DNA of 37,116 bases from Pseudobacteriovorax sp. (GTDB lineage: Bacteria; Bdellovibrionota_B; Oligoflexia; Oligoflexales; Oligoflexaceae): assembly GCA_050293845.1 (NCBI GenBank), contig JBNKNM010000035.1, forward strand, positions 1 through 37,116, in the 5' to 3' direction. The notes under the pieces were generated by a model. It had not been told where the DNA came from. It worked only from the letters and a program-made list of their open reading frames with translations, and did not search any database. Of this stretch, positions 1 through 8,175 are shown in pieces (the stretch's first letter is position 1; every line of letters begins with the position of its first letter). The translations under genes and the position numbers were made by a program.

Positions 1-739
1 CCCTAGATGAAATACCAAATACTCTCCATTCTCCGCTGTCAAGCTGAACATATGCAGGTCCGCCGCTATCTCCACGACAAGCTCCTTGTTCAAGTTCCCC
101 ATCCGGTCCAACTTCTACTTCTATATTTTTTTCAAAACTATAAATAATGTTTTGCGTTTCAAGTTTTGAACCAATATGCCCCTTTTCGTTAGCTCCAAAT
201 CCCACCAAGGTAATACTATTCCCGATTTTCAGTGCTTGTTCTTTTTCATCTAAATCTAAAAGAAGAGGAGTAATCTCCACATCAGAGATAGGTTCCATTA
301 ACAATACATATCCAACATCTCGATTAAATTGAGTCGCACTAAATTCTTGAGCTAATCGAAAGTCTTTAATATAGTTATAGTCTTGAATTCCATAATGGTT
401 TTCATCTTTTGATGAATAGGGACCACCAAATCCTGTTCTAACTTCATAGTATTTCAACATAGCTCTATTTATATTTTCTAGACAATGGGCTGCCGTAATA
501 ACAACTCTAGGATGTACAAGTGATCCCGAGCAAAAAGTAGAGCCATCCCTAAGTAGTGCTACTGCTGACGGCCATTTGTCGTTGGCAGGAGTTCCATTGT
601 AGATAGACAGCCAGCTACCAGCAGACTCACGACCACAACCTAACATTACGAAAGCTGAGATAATTATAAAAAGCCCAGCATTCCGCAATACTAAGTATTT
701 ATGACTTATCTGTTCACGATGATTTATTTGTTTCTTCAT
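1..739 (-). CDS. Trypsin-fold (S1) serine protease, probable lipoprotein; 3' end runs off the window
   Basis: Manual translation, absent from the ORF track: MKKQINH...LFIIISAFVMLGC (lipobox-like), SIYNG, FCSGSLVHPRVVITAAHC (His), RDVGYVLL (Asp), LVGFG, ACRGDSGGP (Ser), all in one frame. Confidence 0.93.
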   Translation of the reverse strand, partial: MKKQINHREQISHKYLVLRNAGLFIIISAFVMLGCGRESAGSWLSIYNGTPANDKWPSAVALLRDGSTFCSGSLVHPRVVITAAHCLENINRAMLKYYEVRTGFGGPYSSKDENHYGIQDYNYIKDFRLAQEFSATQFNRDVGYVLLMEPISDVEITPLLLDLDEKEQALKIGNSITLVGFGANEKGHIGSKLETQNIIYSFEKNIEVEVGPDGELEQGACRGDSGGPAYVQLDSGEWRVFGISSR

Positions 740-754
740 GATGCTTTACAGATT

Positions 755-905
755 TCCTTGCTAGTTTGCTAAATTAGACAACCAGTGCTATTTAAATATT
801 GCACAAATTTTTAGCTGTAGTTAGTAGCTAACATTTATACCTATTTGCTAAACTAATATTCTAGTCCCCGTGTGCCTTCCTTGTAGCGCGTTTGGTTTAA
901 GCTAT
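755..905. promoter_or_regulatory. Divergent promoter region with repeated GCTA/TAGC motifs (candidate operators)
   Basis: TTTGCTAAA at 765-773 and 844-852; inverted GTTAG-tag-CTAAC at 820-832; several more TGCTA/TAGC copies. Confidence 0.4.
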
Positions 906-998
906 CAACATTCTTTTATTGACTTCCTGTGTTAATTTAATCATGGTGAGCGAAACGTTACCGAGATTTTAAGTTAAGCTTTACTCAGGGGGGGGTTA

Positions 999-1733
999 AT
1001 GACGTATACTGAAGAACTCGCAAATGCAATAGATTGTTGGATAAAGGCTAAATCCACCCGGAGTTTAAGTATGCTAAGTCGGCTTGCTCAGGTGAGCTAT
1101 TCAAGTGCCAGACGAGCAGCACAGAAGGAAGTTGAGACTTCTCAACAGATCTGCTTAAAGATTGCAGCGGTGATTATGTCTAGAGCTGAATATTTAGAGT
1201 TTACAGCTAAGTATTGGCCTGATCTGAATAGGTTTATTGCAAAGATAACTCCCCCAGTAAGTAAAGACTCAATTCTTGTTGATTTTATGCAATCTGAAAA
1301 ACACTTTATGGTTCTTGTACTTGCATCTAGTGCTGATGGAACCTCAAGGGAAGAGGCGGTTGAATGTTTCGGAAGAGGTATAGAACCGTATTTTAATGAA
1401 ATCGTAGACTCTGGTTGTGTGAATTTAACTTCCAATGGTAGGTGGAAACTCAATGAAGACTTCGGTTCTCCGTCATTTGAACTCGCCAGAAAAATGATGA
1501 TAGCTTTTATTGCGAACCACAATCGCAAAAATGATGATGTTTCTGGAACTACAACATCTTGGGTTTGTTGGGAATCTGTCAATGGAGAGACAGCGAGAAA
1601 TGTCAATATGAAGATTAAAAAATGTGCATCTGAAATATTTGAAGAAGTTTCTGATCCTAGAAATAAAGGAAATGTGCTAGTATGTTCAGGGGTTTATTCG
1701 GGGATAATGAAGGGAGTGGAGGAAGTTCTATGA
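999..1733 (+). CDS. Putative transcription regulator, N-terminal XRE-like HTH plus C-terminal domain; resembles TIGR02147/DUF4423-type proteins
   Basis: RSLSMLSRLAQVSYSSARR is HTH-like; central wHTH-like segment (EIVDSGCV..NGRWKL); size and C-terminal helix-strand pattern resemble that family. Confidence 0.6.
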   Translation: MTYTEELANAIDCWIKAKSTRSLSMLSRLAQVSYSSARRAAQKEVETSQQICLKIAAVIMSRAEYLEFTAKYWPDLNRFIAKITPPVSKDSILVDFMQSEKHFMVLVLASSADGTSREEAVECFGRGIEPYFNEIVDSGCVNLTSNGRWKLNEDFGSPSFELARKMMIAFIANHNRKNDDVSGTTTSWVCWESVNGETARNVNMKIKKCASEIFEEVSDPRNKGNVLVCSGVYSGIMKGVEEVL

Positions 1734-2008
1734 AGTATCATATCGTAACGTTTATATCATTTTGCATGCTGATTTCGTTGAATTTGTTTGGCAGTGGTGG
1801 AGCAGTTGGAGGTGGCAACAGCCCACTCAAACAACTACTGCTTTCAAGCGAAGAAATGACAGAGGTTTTTCAAATTTTGGATACCCAAAATGTCGCCTAT
1901 ATACAAACCTCAGAATCTACATATGAGATTTCAAACCAAGGTAGTAGTTTAACGGCGGTCGAAATTGAAACACTTGATGTCTTTACGTTGTCTGTTAGTG
2001 ACGAATAA
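1730..2008 (+). CDS. Small secreted protein (92 aa) with a Gly-rich motif after the signal peptide
   Basis: True start is probably ATG 1730 (ATGA overlap with the upstream stop, GGAGG RBS). MKYHIVTFISFCMLISLNLFG signal peptide followed by SGGAVGGGN. Confidence 0.75.
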   Translation: MKYHIVTFISFCMLISLNLFGSGGAVGGGNSPLKQLLLSSEEMTEVFQILDTQNVAYIQTSESTYEISNQGSSLTAVEIETLDVFTLSVSDE

Positions 2009-2014
2009 AATTGA

Positions 2015-2036
2015 TTCCTCCCATAATAGGGAGGAA
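2015..2036. terminator. Hairpin terminator between convergent genes
   Basis: TTCCTCCC-ataata-GGGAGGAA perfect 8-bp stem. Confidence 0.7.
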
Positions 2037-2047
2037 CTTCACCCACC

Positions 2048-2629
2048 TTAGACATTGTCATCTTTCCTAATTTTCAATAGCTCTCGATACTCAACTAAGC
2101 GTTCATTGAGCAACCGATTCTCGGTAGAAATCTTTACTATCTCCTTATCAAGAATTGCCACTTTCTCGCTAAGCTCAGTGTACCCATCAAGCATTTTGCT
2201 CAGTTTTTCGATCTCGCTGTTTTTATGTTGAATCTCTGCGTTAAGTGTTTTTACAGTTTCAGCCATCCCCTCAGTTGCCTGCAATTTCTCTTTAAGTATC
2301 GCATTATTTTCGATAGCGTCCCTAGCTTTAGACAGTGCTTTTACTTTTTCTGCTTCTAAACCAGCAATTTGAGCTTCATATGCTGACTTTAAATTCTCTT
2401 CAGACAGACGAGCATTTGACTGGACACCTTTGAAAGTATCCAGAATAAGTTTCATAGAATCTGCTACAGTCTTAATTTCTTGAGATCCACCTACTTGAGT
2501 GGATTGATAGTTTTCCAATAAATCTGATAAAAATTCACCTGACTTCTTTCCAGTATTTGCAACAAGCATATTGAATTTATCTTGTGTTTCATTACTTGCT
2601 CTTATCGACATAGGTTGAGACTTGCTCAT
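2048..2629 (-). CDS. Coiled-coil protein with a possible N-terminal ribbon-helix-helix DNA-binding domain
   Basis: MSIRASNETQDKF...KSGEFLSDLLENY fits a strand-helix-helix pattern; the rest is heptad-rich; GAGG RBS. Confidence 0.55.
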   Translation of the reverse strand: MSKSQPMSIRASNETQDKFNMLVANTGKKSGEFLSDLLENYQSTQVGGSQEIKTVADSMKLILDTFKGVQSNARLSEENLKSAYEAQIAGLEAEKVKALSKARDAIENNAILKEKLQATEGMAETVKTLNAEIQHKNSEIEKLSKMLDGYTELSEKVAILDKEIVKISTENRLLNERLVEYRELLKIRKDDNV

Positions 2630-2721
2630 ATTGATTCCTCTTTAAAAAATAGTTTTAAGCCAATGCCTCTAGAAAATTGAACCTAGCGGGATCTATCTCA
2701 ATAATCAAAGACCTTCTCACA

Positions 2722-3525
2722 TTATTTTTTTGGTCTATCTTCCTCAGCAGAATGCTTTCCCTCAGGTGGTAAAAGCCCTGATTTAAGCCTAGATGCATCT
2801 TTATGGGTTTTCTTTGCTTGAGAATGCAGCCAGCCATCCAACTCTTCGGTATCATCTGCAAGACTACTTGCAATACCTTCCATCGTTTTTGCCGAATGTT
2901 GGGTTTTATAAGCTTTTTTTTGCTCAGGGGTCATCTTATGAGAAGGAATTGTTTCATAGATATGGTCAATTTCTTGGCCTCCGAATAGATCGCGTTTAGT
3001 TATGGTTCTAACGTGAATTTTATTTGAGTAGGCGCGCTTTTTCTTTGGTGCAGGGTTTTTTAAGCTTTCGATTTCTGCCGCCATGAAGGATATTTGGGAT
3101 TCGAACTTTTGTACTTGATATTGAAGTTCACTAATATGTTCTTTGGCAGCCAGCAATTCCTTAGAATCATCCCACAATTGGTAGTACATCGCCCAGGCTT
3201 CGTCGGTATTAATAACCTTTACCAGCGCTGCGATAGAATCCTTAGGAAGGAACAAAACCTTGGGTGTTTTGATTGGTATAACACCATGTTTTGCAAGCTT
3301 TTTTCGGATGTTCGGCACTATTGGTTCCGAACATATGGCATACTTATCTAGATGTTTTGTTATGTTCCTTGTTGATGTATTTAACAATTCTGCAATCTGT
3401 GAAACCGTTAATCCATCCTCATCACCCATGGAAATAATTTGAACAAGTGCATCTTTCCCGCTGAGTGATATTTTCTTTTTATTTATCGCCAGCTCCAATT
3501 TTGAGTTTGGCTTTACGAGATCCAT
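2722..3525 (-). CDS. Phage antirepressor-like protein, ORF6N-like N-terminal domain
   Basis: LTVSQIAELLNT...LFLPKDSIAALVKVINTDEAWAMYYQL resembles ORF6N; N-terminus paralogous to 6583-7368; C-terminus similar to 8919-9614. Confidence 0.65.
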   Translation of the reverse strand: MDLVKPNSKLELAINKKKISLSGKDALVQIISMGDEDGLTVSQIAELLNTSTRNITKHLDKYAICSEPIVPNIRKKLAKHGVIPIKTPKVLFLPKDSIAALVKVINTDEAWAMYYQLWDDSKELLAAKEHISELQYQVQKFESQISFMAAEIESLKNPAPKKKRAYSNKIHVRTITKRDLFGGQEIDHIYETIPSHKMTPEQKKAYKTQHSAKTMEGIASSLADDTEELDGWLHSQAKKTHKDASRLKSGLLPPEGKHSAEEDRPKK

Positions 3526-3641
3526 ATATAATTTCCTTTTGACAATATGAATTTGTTCACTAAAAAATTAGCAGGAAAGAAATAAGAGATAGTCGCTTGA
3601 AGATGATTGTGTACCGGAGCAAAGTGGTAGCACAGTTTAAT

Positions 3642-3670
3642 AACATATCCATATTTTATATTGGTGACAA
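3642..3670 (-). promoter_or_regulatory. Candidate sigma70 promoter for 2722-3525
   Basis: TTGTCA-17 bp-TATGTT on the minus strand, just downstream of the terminator. Confidence 0.4.
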
Positions 3671-3673
3671 GGG

Positions 3674-3698
3674 AAATGAGGCCGAAGCCTCACTTTTT
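3674..3698 (-). terminator. Rho-independent terminator ending the long leftward operon, possibly bidirectional
   Basis: TGAGGC-TTCG-GCCTCA (cUUCGg loop) then TTT on the minus strand, CTTTTT on the plus strand. Confidence 0.75.
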
Positions 3699-3981
3699 AG
3701 GCTGCTTTTGTATTTTCGAACGCTGCTAGTATTTCTCTGAAAGCCTCTAGAGCTGCTAGCGAAAGATCAAAGCCCTCTGATACTGAGAGATCTTTTAGTT
3801 CCGCAGGTACTAGAGTTAGCCCGCTAAATGCTTGAGACAATGCATCACGAAAGTCCTTACTTTCAAAAAGCTTTAAAACATCGGTGATTTGCAAACCATC
3901 ACCTGAAACTTCCTTTCCAATTAGTACTCCCAGAGTTGTTATAAAAGCAATAACATCCTGGGTTTCATTAATTCCGGCCAT
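3697..3981 (-). CDS. Small acidic phage hypothetical protein
   Basis: GAGG RBS; GINETQDV...DGLQITD...VPAELKDL; in the operon. Confidence 0.7.
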   Translation of the reverse strand: MAGINETQDVIAFITTLGVLIGKEVSGDGLQITDVLKLFESKDFRDALSQAFSGLTLVPAELKDLSVSEGFDLSLAALEAFREILAAFENTKAA

Positions 3982-3988
3982 CAATACC

Positions 3989-4285
3989 TCACTTTTTAAA
4001 ATTATGTTGACTCCCGTTCGTGGAGCTTAAACTTATAGCTTTTTCAAGCCTCTTCACAAGATCTGCTAGAAGCTTTAATAAATCAGCATTTTCTTTGGAA
4101 AATTTTTCGAACTCAGGAAGCTCTGTTATGATTTCTTTAATCTTTCTATAAGCTGTTACTGCCCTAGACCATTGCATCCAATCGCGGTGTTTACTACCGT
4201 CGAGGGCTCGTGATTTAAATCTTGATTTTGGTAAACTGTGAGAATGGATCTCCGATTTAAAGTTCATAATCGACCTTATTACCAT
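3989..4285 (-). CDS. Phage hypothetical protein (alternative start 4267)
   Basis: Tightly packed in the operon; no recognised motif. Confidence 0.6.
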   Translation of the reverse strand: MVIRSIMNFKSEIHSHSLPKSRFKSRALDGSKHRDWMQWSRAVTAYRKIKEIITELPEFEKFSKENADLLKLLADLVKRLEKAISLSSTNGSQHNFKK

Positions 4286-4908
4286 AACTTTTTGTCAATT
4301 TCTGAATCTAAAGCACTTGCAAAACGTTTTTCTGCTGCGGAAACCATTTTTTCTTCAGCTTTCTCACGCCTAAGCATAGACGCAACAGAAGCAATAGTAT
4401 TTCGAAACATTAGCCATTTTTTCCTTGTCTCTTTCGATCTCCAGACATGCAGCCTTGATCCTCTGTCCTTTTGGATAAATTTTTTGCGGGAAAAAATATA
4501 GGTTCGAGATCCCAGGGTAATGGCAACTATTTGCTTTCTTTGGGCTCGCGGTATTCCCTTCTGTTTAATAGGCTTACGCTCAGAACTGAGGAATCTGATT
4601 GCAGAAAGGCGTTTTTTATCTGCAAATAGTTTTGAGGAGATTCCTGCCTCGATACCGCCGACACTTCTCACTAAACTAGTGGTTAGAACGGAGTCGATCG
4701 CGGGCTTTGAATATGGATTAGTAGGCCCATACTTAGGTCCCTTCCTCGGCAGTCCATACTTTTCTCTAGTAATCTCAGATGAGACTTTTTTAGCAGCATT
4801 TATAGACTTATTTTGTGCATTCTTAATTGCTTGCAAATATGCTTTCATACCCTCTTTTTTAAGCAAGAGAGGTAATTTTGATTTATCGAGTGAAAGCCGT
4901 ATATCCAT
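4279..4908 (-). CDS. Lambda gpZ-like (minor tail protein Z / neck) protein
   Basis: Very basic 209-aa protein; AQNKSINAAKKVSSEITREKYGL N-terminus and KRFASALDSEI C-terminal helix fit the gpZ pattern. Confidence 0.55.
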   Translation of the reverse strand: MDIRLSLDKSKLPLLLKKEGMKAYLQAIKNAQNKSINAAKKVSSEITREKYGLPRKGPKYGPTNPYSKPAIDSVLTTSLVRSVGGIEAGISSKLFADKKRLSAIRFLSSERKPIKQKGIPRAQRKQIVAITLGSRTYIFSRKKFIQKDRGSRLHVWRSKETRKKWLMFRNTIASVASMLRREKAEEKMVSAAEKRFASALDSEIDKKLW

Positions 4909-5233
4909 TAATTTTTCCGCTCAAGATGGGTAAGTCTTTCCGATATTGCCTCAAGATTTTCATTAATCATTTCGAGAGATCTGGCATGTAGATCAAGCTT
5001 AGCCGAAAGTTTATTGATACAGGATGTAAAATGCTGAAGAGACTGAACAAAAGAATCATAAGATCGTATATTTCTTTCTTCAACTTTTGCTATCGCGCCT
5101 CAAGCCGCATTATGTCACGATCGTAGGTGAAAGGGGATGGGGGAGGATTCTTGCTATCAAAATACATCCTGTAAATGAGGACGATCGCAACCAGAAGTGG
5201 CCCACCTGTTTTGATTATCTCAATATCGGCCAA
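4908..5233 (-). pseudogene. Holin-like (single TM + coiled coil, BhlA/UviB-like architecture) gene split by a 1-nt frameshift near 5092
   Basis: GGGAG RBS, TTG 5233: MADIEIIKTGGPLLVAIVLIYRMYF...MRLEAR* (TAG 5090-5092). The -1 frame continues IAKVEERN...ISERLTHLERKN* and ends in a TAATG overlap with the next start. Confidence 0.65.
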
Positions 5234-5283
5234 TTTCTTAACTCCCAGCAAACCTCAACCTACATTGCCGCTGACATCATATA

Positions 5284-5649
5284 TCACTGACGGCTATTGT
5301 GAGAAGACGAAGCTTTGCAGAAAATTTTTAAAAAATCCTTTATCTCTAGCGCTACGTAAACTTTGCTCCGGTTTCTTCGAAACGCTATTACTGGTATTTC
5401 CTGACCTGTTACATGACTTTCTGCTTGATTGAGAGCCTCCCAAATATTCAGTCGCTCTTGGTTTTTTACTTCGATTGCAAAGGGAATTTCTGCCTTTGCT
5501 TTACTACTCAAGTGAATATCAACACCATTGACACCACTCGGTGTTACCGTTACATCATCTGTAGTGAGGTCTGGAAAATGTTCTAAAATTGCAGACTGCA
5601 CTTCCTTGGCAGCTCTCTGGCCTTTGGCCTTCGCACTCCTTGCTTGCAC
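5284..5649 (-). CDS. PD-(D/E)XK nuclease, phage Holliday-junction resolvase-like
   Basis: SAKAKG.R N-terminus, GVDI, IEVKNQE, WEAL.QA, AFRRNR motifs. Confidence 0.8.
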   Translation of the reverse strand: MQARSAKAKGQRAAKEVQSAILEHFPDLTTDDVTVTPSGVNGVDIHLSSKAKAEIPFAIEVKNQERLNIWEALNQAESHVTGQEIPVIAFRRNRSKVYVALEIKDFLKIFCKASSSHNSRQ

Positions 5650-5660
5650 TCTAATCCTTT

Positions 5661-6536
5661 CTATCCAATATGTTCTGCAAATACTGATTTAGTATTTAAC
5701 AAGTCTATATCGGGCTTGACCCTAAAATTTCCAACGTATGGATTGAAATATGTCCTGTATTCTTTATCAATTGAAACTAGCTTGCAGTCAGCGAAGAAAA
5801 GAGCTGCTGCTGTATCGAGGTCTTTATCCAAAAATCGACCACGTATTGGCGATGACTTTGGATGACCAAGTTTGTTAAGAAACAGCCCGACTACGTTGAC
5901 ATGGATTCCGCGAAAGTATTTTTTTGAAATAAAACTACGAGGAACAGGAGACTCAGATGGAACTTTTCTGGATTCTATAACTTTAATATCAGTTATATTT
6001 TCAGATGAGACATTCTTGAGATAATTAACTTTGTCTGAAGCTAAAATTGAGTCAAGTTGTTTTCTCGATACGTAAATGACTGAATACAATTTAATCAAAG
6101 CATTCAAATCTTGTAGATAAATACGCCTATCGGAATAATCATTTTGAATCAGGTTAATTATCTCTTGAAGTTCATTTCCGGAATTTTTTTCCTTCACTGA
6201 CGATAAAAGCTTCTCCTCAAGAGTTAAAAGATAGTTCAAGTAATCATCGCCAAGTTGACTGTTCCATTTGGCTGCAAGGAACTTTGAAGCTTTAAGATCT
6301 AAAATATAATCTGTGTACCCTATCTTATTAGAATTATTAACAGAACCAAACGGAACTACTCGATACCCTAAACGTTCAGTTCGTGAAATGAAGTTCTGAG
6401 CAATCAATTTTTTACGGATAGTCTTCGCATCAGTTCCAAGACTTTTGGCAATTTCATACGTCGAAAGTCCAAGATCACCGTTTAATTCACTTCGTTCTCT
6501 TGGTGATATGAAGGTCACTTGTTCTAGATTATTCAA
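5661..6536 (-). CDS. Phage antirepressor-like protein, divergent Rha/AntA-like N-terminus
   Basis: LSTYEIAKSLG...DYILDLKASKFLAAKW..G..YL; C-terminus homologous to that of 6583-7368. Confidence 0.6.
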   Translation of the reverse strand: MNNLEQVTFISPRERSELNGDLGLSTYEIAKSLGTDAKTIRKKLIAQNFISRTERLGYRVVPFGSVNNSNKIGYTDYILDLKASKFLAAKWNSQLGDDYLNYLLTLEEKLLSSVKEKNSGNELQEIINLIQNDYSDRRIYLQDLNALIKLYSVIYVSRKQLDSILASDKVNYLKNVSSENITDIKVIESRKVPSESPVPRSFISKKYFRGIHVNVVGLFLNKLGHPKSSPIRGRFLDKDLDTAAALFFADCKLVSIDKEYRTYFNPYVGNFRVKPDIDLLNTKSVFAEHIG

Positions 6537-6582
6537 TTCTTTGTTCCTATGTCTAAATGTTCTTAGAAATATAAGTTGGTAA

Positions 6583-7368
6583 TTATTTCGATTCCCTCAT
6601 GTTGCCAACCAAAGGATGGAACCAAAAAATTGATTTTTCGGTTTCCTTGACAATTTTTCGTTCTTTGAAAAACTTTTTCGCCACCTCTTTTAATCCGCTT
6701 TTCTTAAATGGATGAGATACCGACCTTAATCCGTGGTCATCAATATGGACATGATTACCCCTCGGATGGCCGATTCTATAGAGGTAGGTGAGTACTTTTT
6801 CCCTTGCTACGCCGTTGAAATATTGACTCACAAGATCACCTATTCGGATGCAATCTTCTGGGAAAGCTTGTTTATCTTCGAGGGCTGACTCTATTCGAGC
6901 GTCAATTAGCTTTGGCGTTTCTGTGCGGATATTGGAAATATCAGCCTGCTGCTTTTGAAGTGCATTGAGCATCCCTTGTAACACTTCAAGTTGGCCTTGA
7001 GACTTCGTGTGAAGTTCATAGGCTCTGTCGGTTACTTCCCATAGTAGGCTGTAGATCTCCCAAGCTCTGGGGGTATTGATTACCTTAGCCAATTTCCGAA
7101 TAGTTTCTTTAGGGAGAAAAGTAGCACGATTCACTTTAAGTCCTATAACTCCTTTATTTTTAAGTTCTTTTAGCTTGGTCCTCAGTAATACTGTGGAACA
7201 AAAATTATGGTTGCGAAGATGTACCCATATATTCTGATCAGTTGTTCCGAAAACACGGGCAACCTCAGTAAGAAGCAAACCTTCCTCGCTATCCATTGTC
7301 ACCAGATCAATGAATAGCTTTCTTCCTTCAACGGATATTTCTTTTTGCTGTACGTCAATATCTTTCAT
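6583..7368 (-). CDS. Phage antirepressor-like protein, ORF6N-like N-terminal domain
   Basis: LTEVARVFGTTDQNI...FLPKETIRKLAKVINTPRAWEIYSLL, then LQGMLNALQKQQ coil. Confidence 0.65.
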   Translation of the reverse strand: MKDIDVQQKEISVEGRKLFIDLVTMDSEEGLLLTEVARVFGTTDQNIWVHLRNHNFCSTVLLRTKLKELKNKGVIGLKVNRATFLPKETIRKLAKVINTPRAWEIYSLLWEVTDRAYELHTKSQGQLEVLQGMLNALQKQQADISNIRTETPKLIDARIESALEDKQAFPEDCIRIGDLVSQYFNGVAREKVLTYLYRIGHPRGNHVHIDDHGLRSVSHPFKKSGLKEVAKKFFKERKIVKETEKSIFWFHPLVGNMRESK

Positions 7369-7937
7369 AAGGCAAACCCAAGATTTTTTAGCTCTGCCTT
7401 AGCCTCTTGTGTTCTCTGGTTGTCAATAACATCAAGCAGATGCGCAATATCATTTCGATTAAATGTGTAGTATCCAAAGTCCCCTTCTACTTCGATCCCA
7501 AGATTAATATCGGGATGTTTTTCGCACTCTTCAATAATATCTCTGTGGGTTACATCAAAAATACGTGCAACATCACTTATGTAGACTACGCACGAATCCG
7601 ACATCATCATTATTTTTTCAATAATGCGCCTACCGGCGATCGAGCCTTGAAAATCTCTGAATAGTTTTTCCACTCCTTCTAATTTGAAAAATAGTTTTTC
7701 AACATCACAAAAATAATGGAATGCGTAGTAGTCTAAGCACTTAATGTTCTGCCCAGGATGGTCTTCATCAAGATTAATGGCATCCTTAATACCTCTTGGG
7801 AATCTCTCTTTAATTTTATCCTCATGTTTCTCGATTAAATTATGCACCTGTCCAGGTTGCATTTGAAGCGCTCTAGAAATTTTTATGGTCGTAGTAAAGA
7901 GCCGACCCTCGATGCCTATCACATATTTTTCAGTCAT
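7365..7937 (-). CDS. Protein with two tandem degenerate Rha-like domains
   Basis: Start at ATG 7937 (AAGGAG RBS). FTTTIKISRAL...VHNLIEK and ISDVARIFDVTHRDII...YTFNRNDIAHLL. Confidence 0.5.
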   Translation of the reverse strand: MTEKYVIGIEGRLFTTTIKISRALQMQPGQVHNLIEKHEDKIKERFPRGIKDAINLDEDHPGQNIKCLDYYAFHYFCDVEKLFFKLEGVEKLFRDFQGSIAGRRIIEKIMMMSDSCVVYISDVARIFDVTHRDIIEECEKHPDINLGIEVEGDFGYYTFNRNDIAHLLDVIDNQRTQEAKAELKNLGFAL

Positions 7938-8175
7938 TAGTAACTCCTTCATTGTTAGGTAAATATCCATATTTCATGAAAAGGTGATATCCTTTGCGTG
8001 TCAAAGCATATAGTTGCTGGTTTTTGCCACAGCTTTTAAATGTAGAGGGACTAAAGTGTTCCGAATTTTCCATGTTCAAACGCTTTCTCACAAAATCAAC
8101 TGCGTCCAAAACCATCGAGTGACTGATTCCGAGCTCCATCGCGATCTGAAGCGTATTGGTGTAGTGCTTATCCAT
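7930..8175 (-). CDS. Stand-alone Rha-like domain protein
   Basis: TNTLQIAMELGISHSMVLDAV...F.PSTF...YALTRKGY matches the Rha pattern. Confidence 0.7.
   Translation of the reverse strand: MDKHYTNTLQIAMELGISHSMVLDAVDFVRKRLNMENSEHFSPSTFKSCGKNQQLYALTRKGYHLFMKYGYLPNNEGVTND

Noticed and set aside
147..332. Plus-strand 61-aa ORF
   Set aside because: Antisense shadow of the protease gene.
1682..1729. Longer N-terminus for the 1682-2008 ORF
   Set aside because: ATG 1730 has the RBS, the ATGA coupling and a proper signal peptide.
2655..2873. 72-aa minus-strand ORF
   Set aside because: Mostly overlaps 2722-3525 in another frame; no RBS or motif.
5087..5432. Plus-strand ORFs 5087-5290 and 5175-5432
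   Set aside because: Antisense to the holin-like and resolvase genes.
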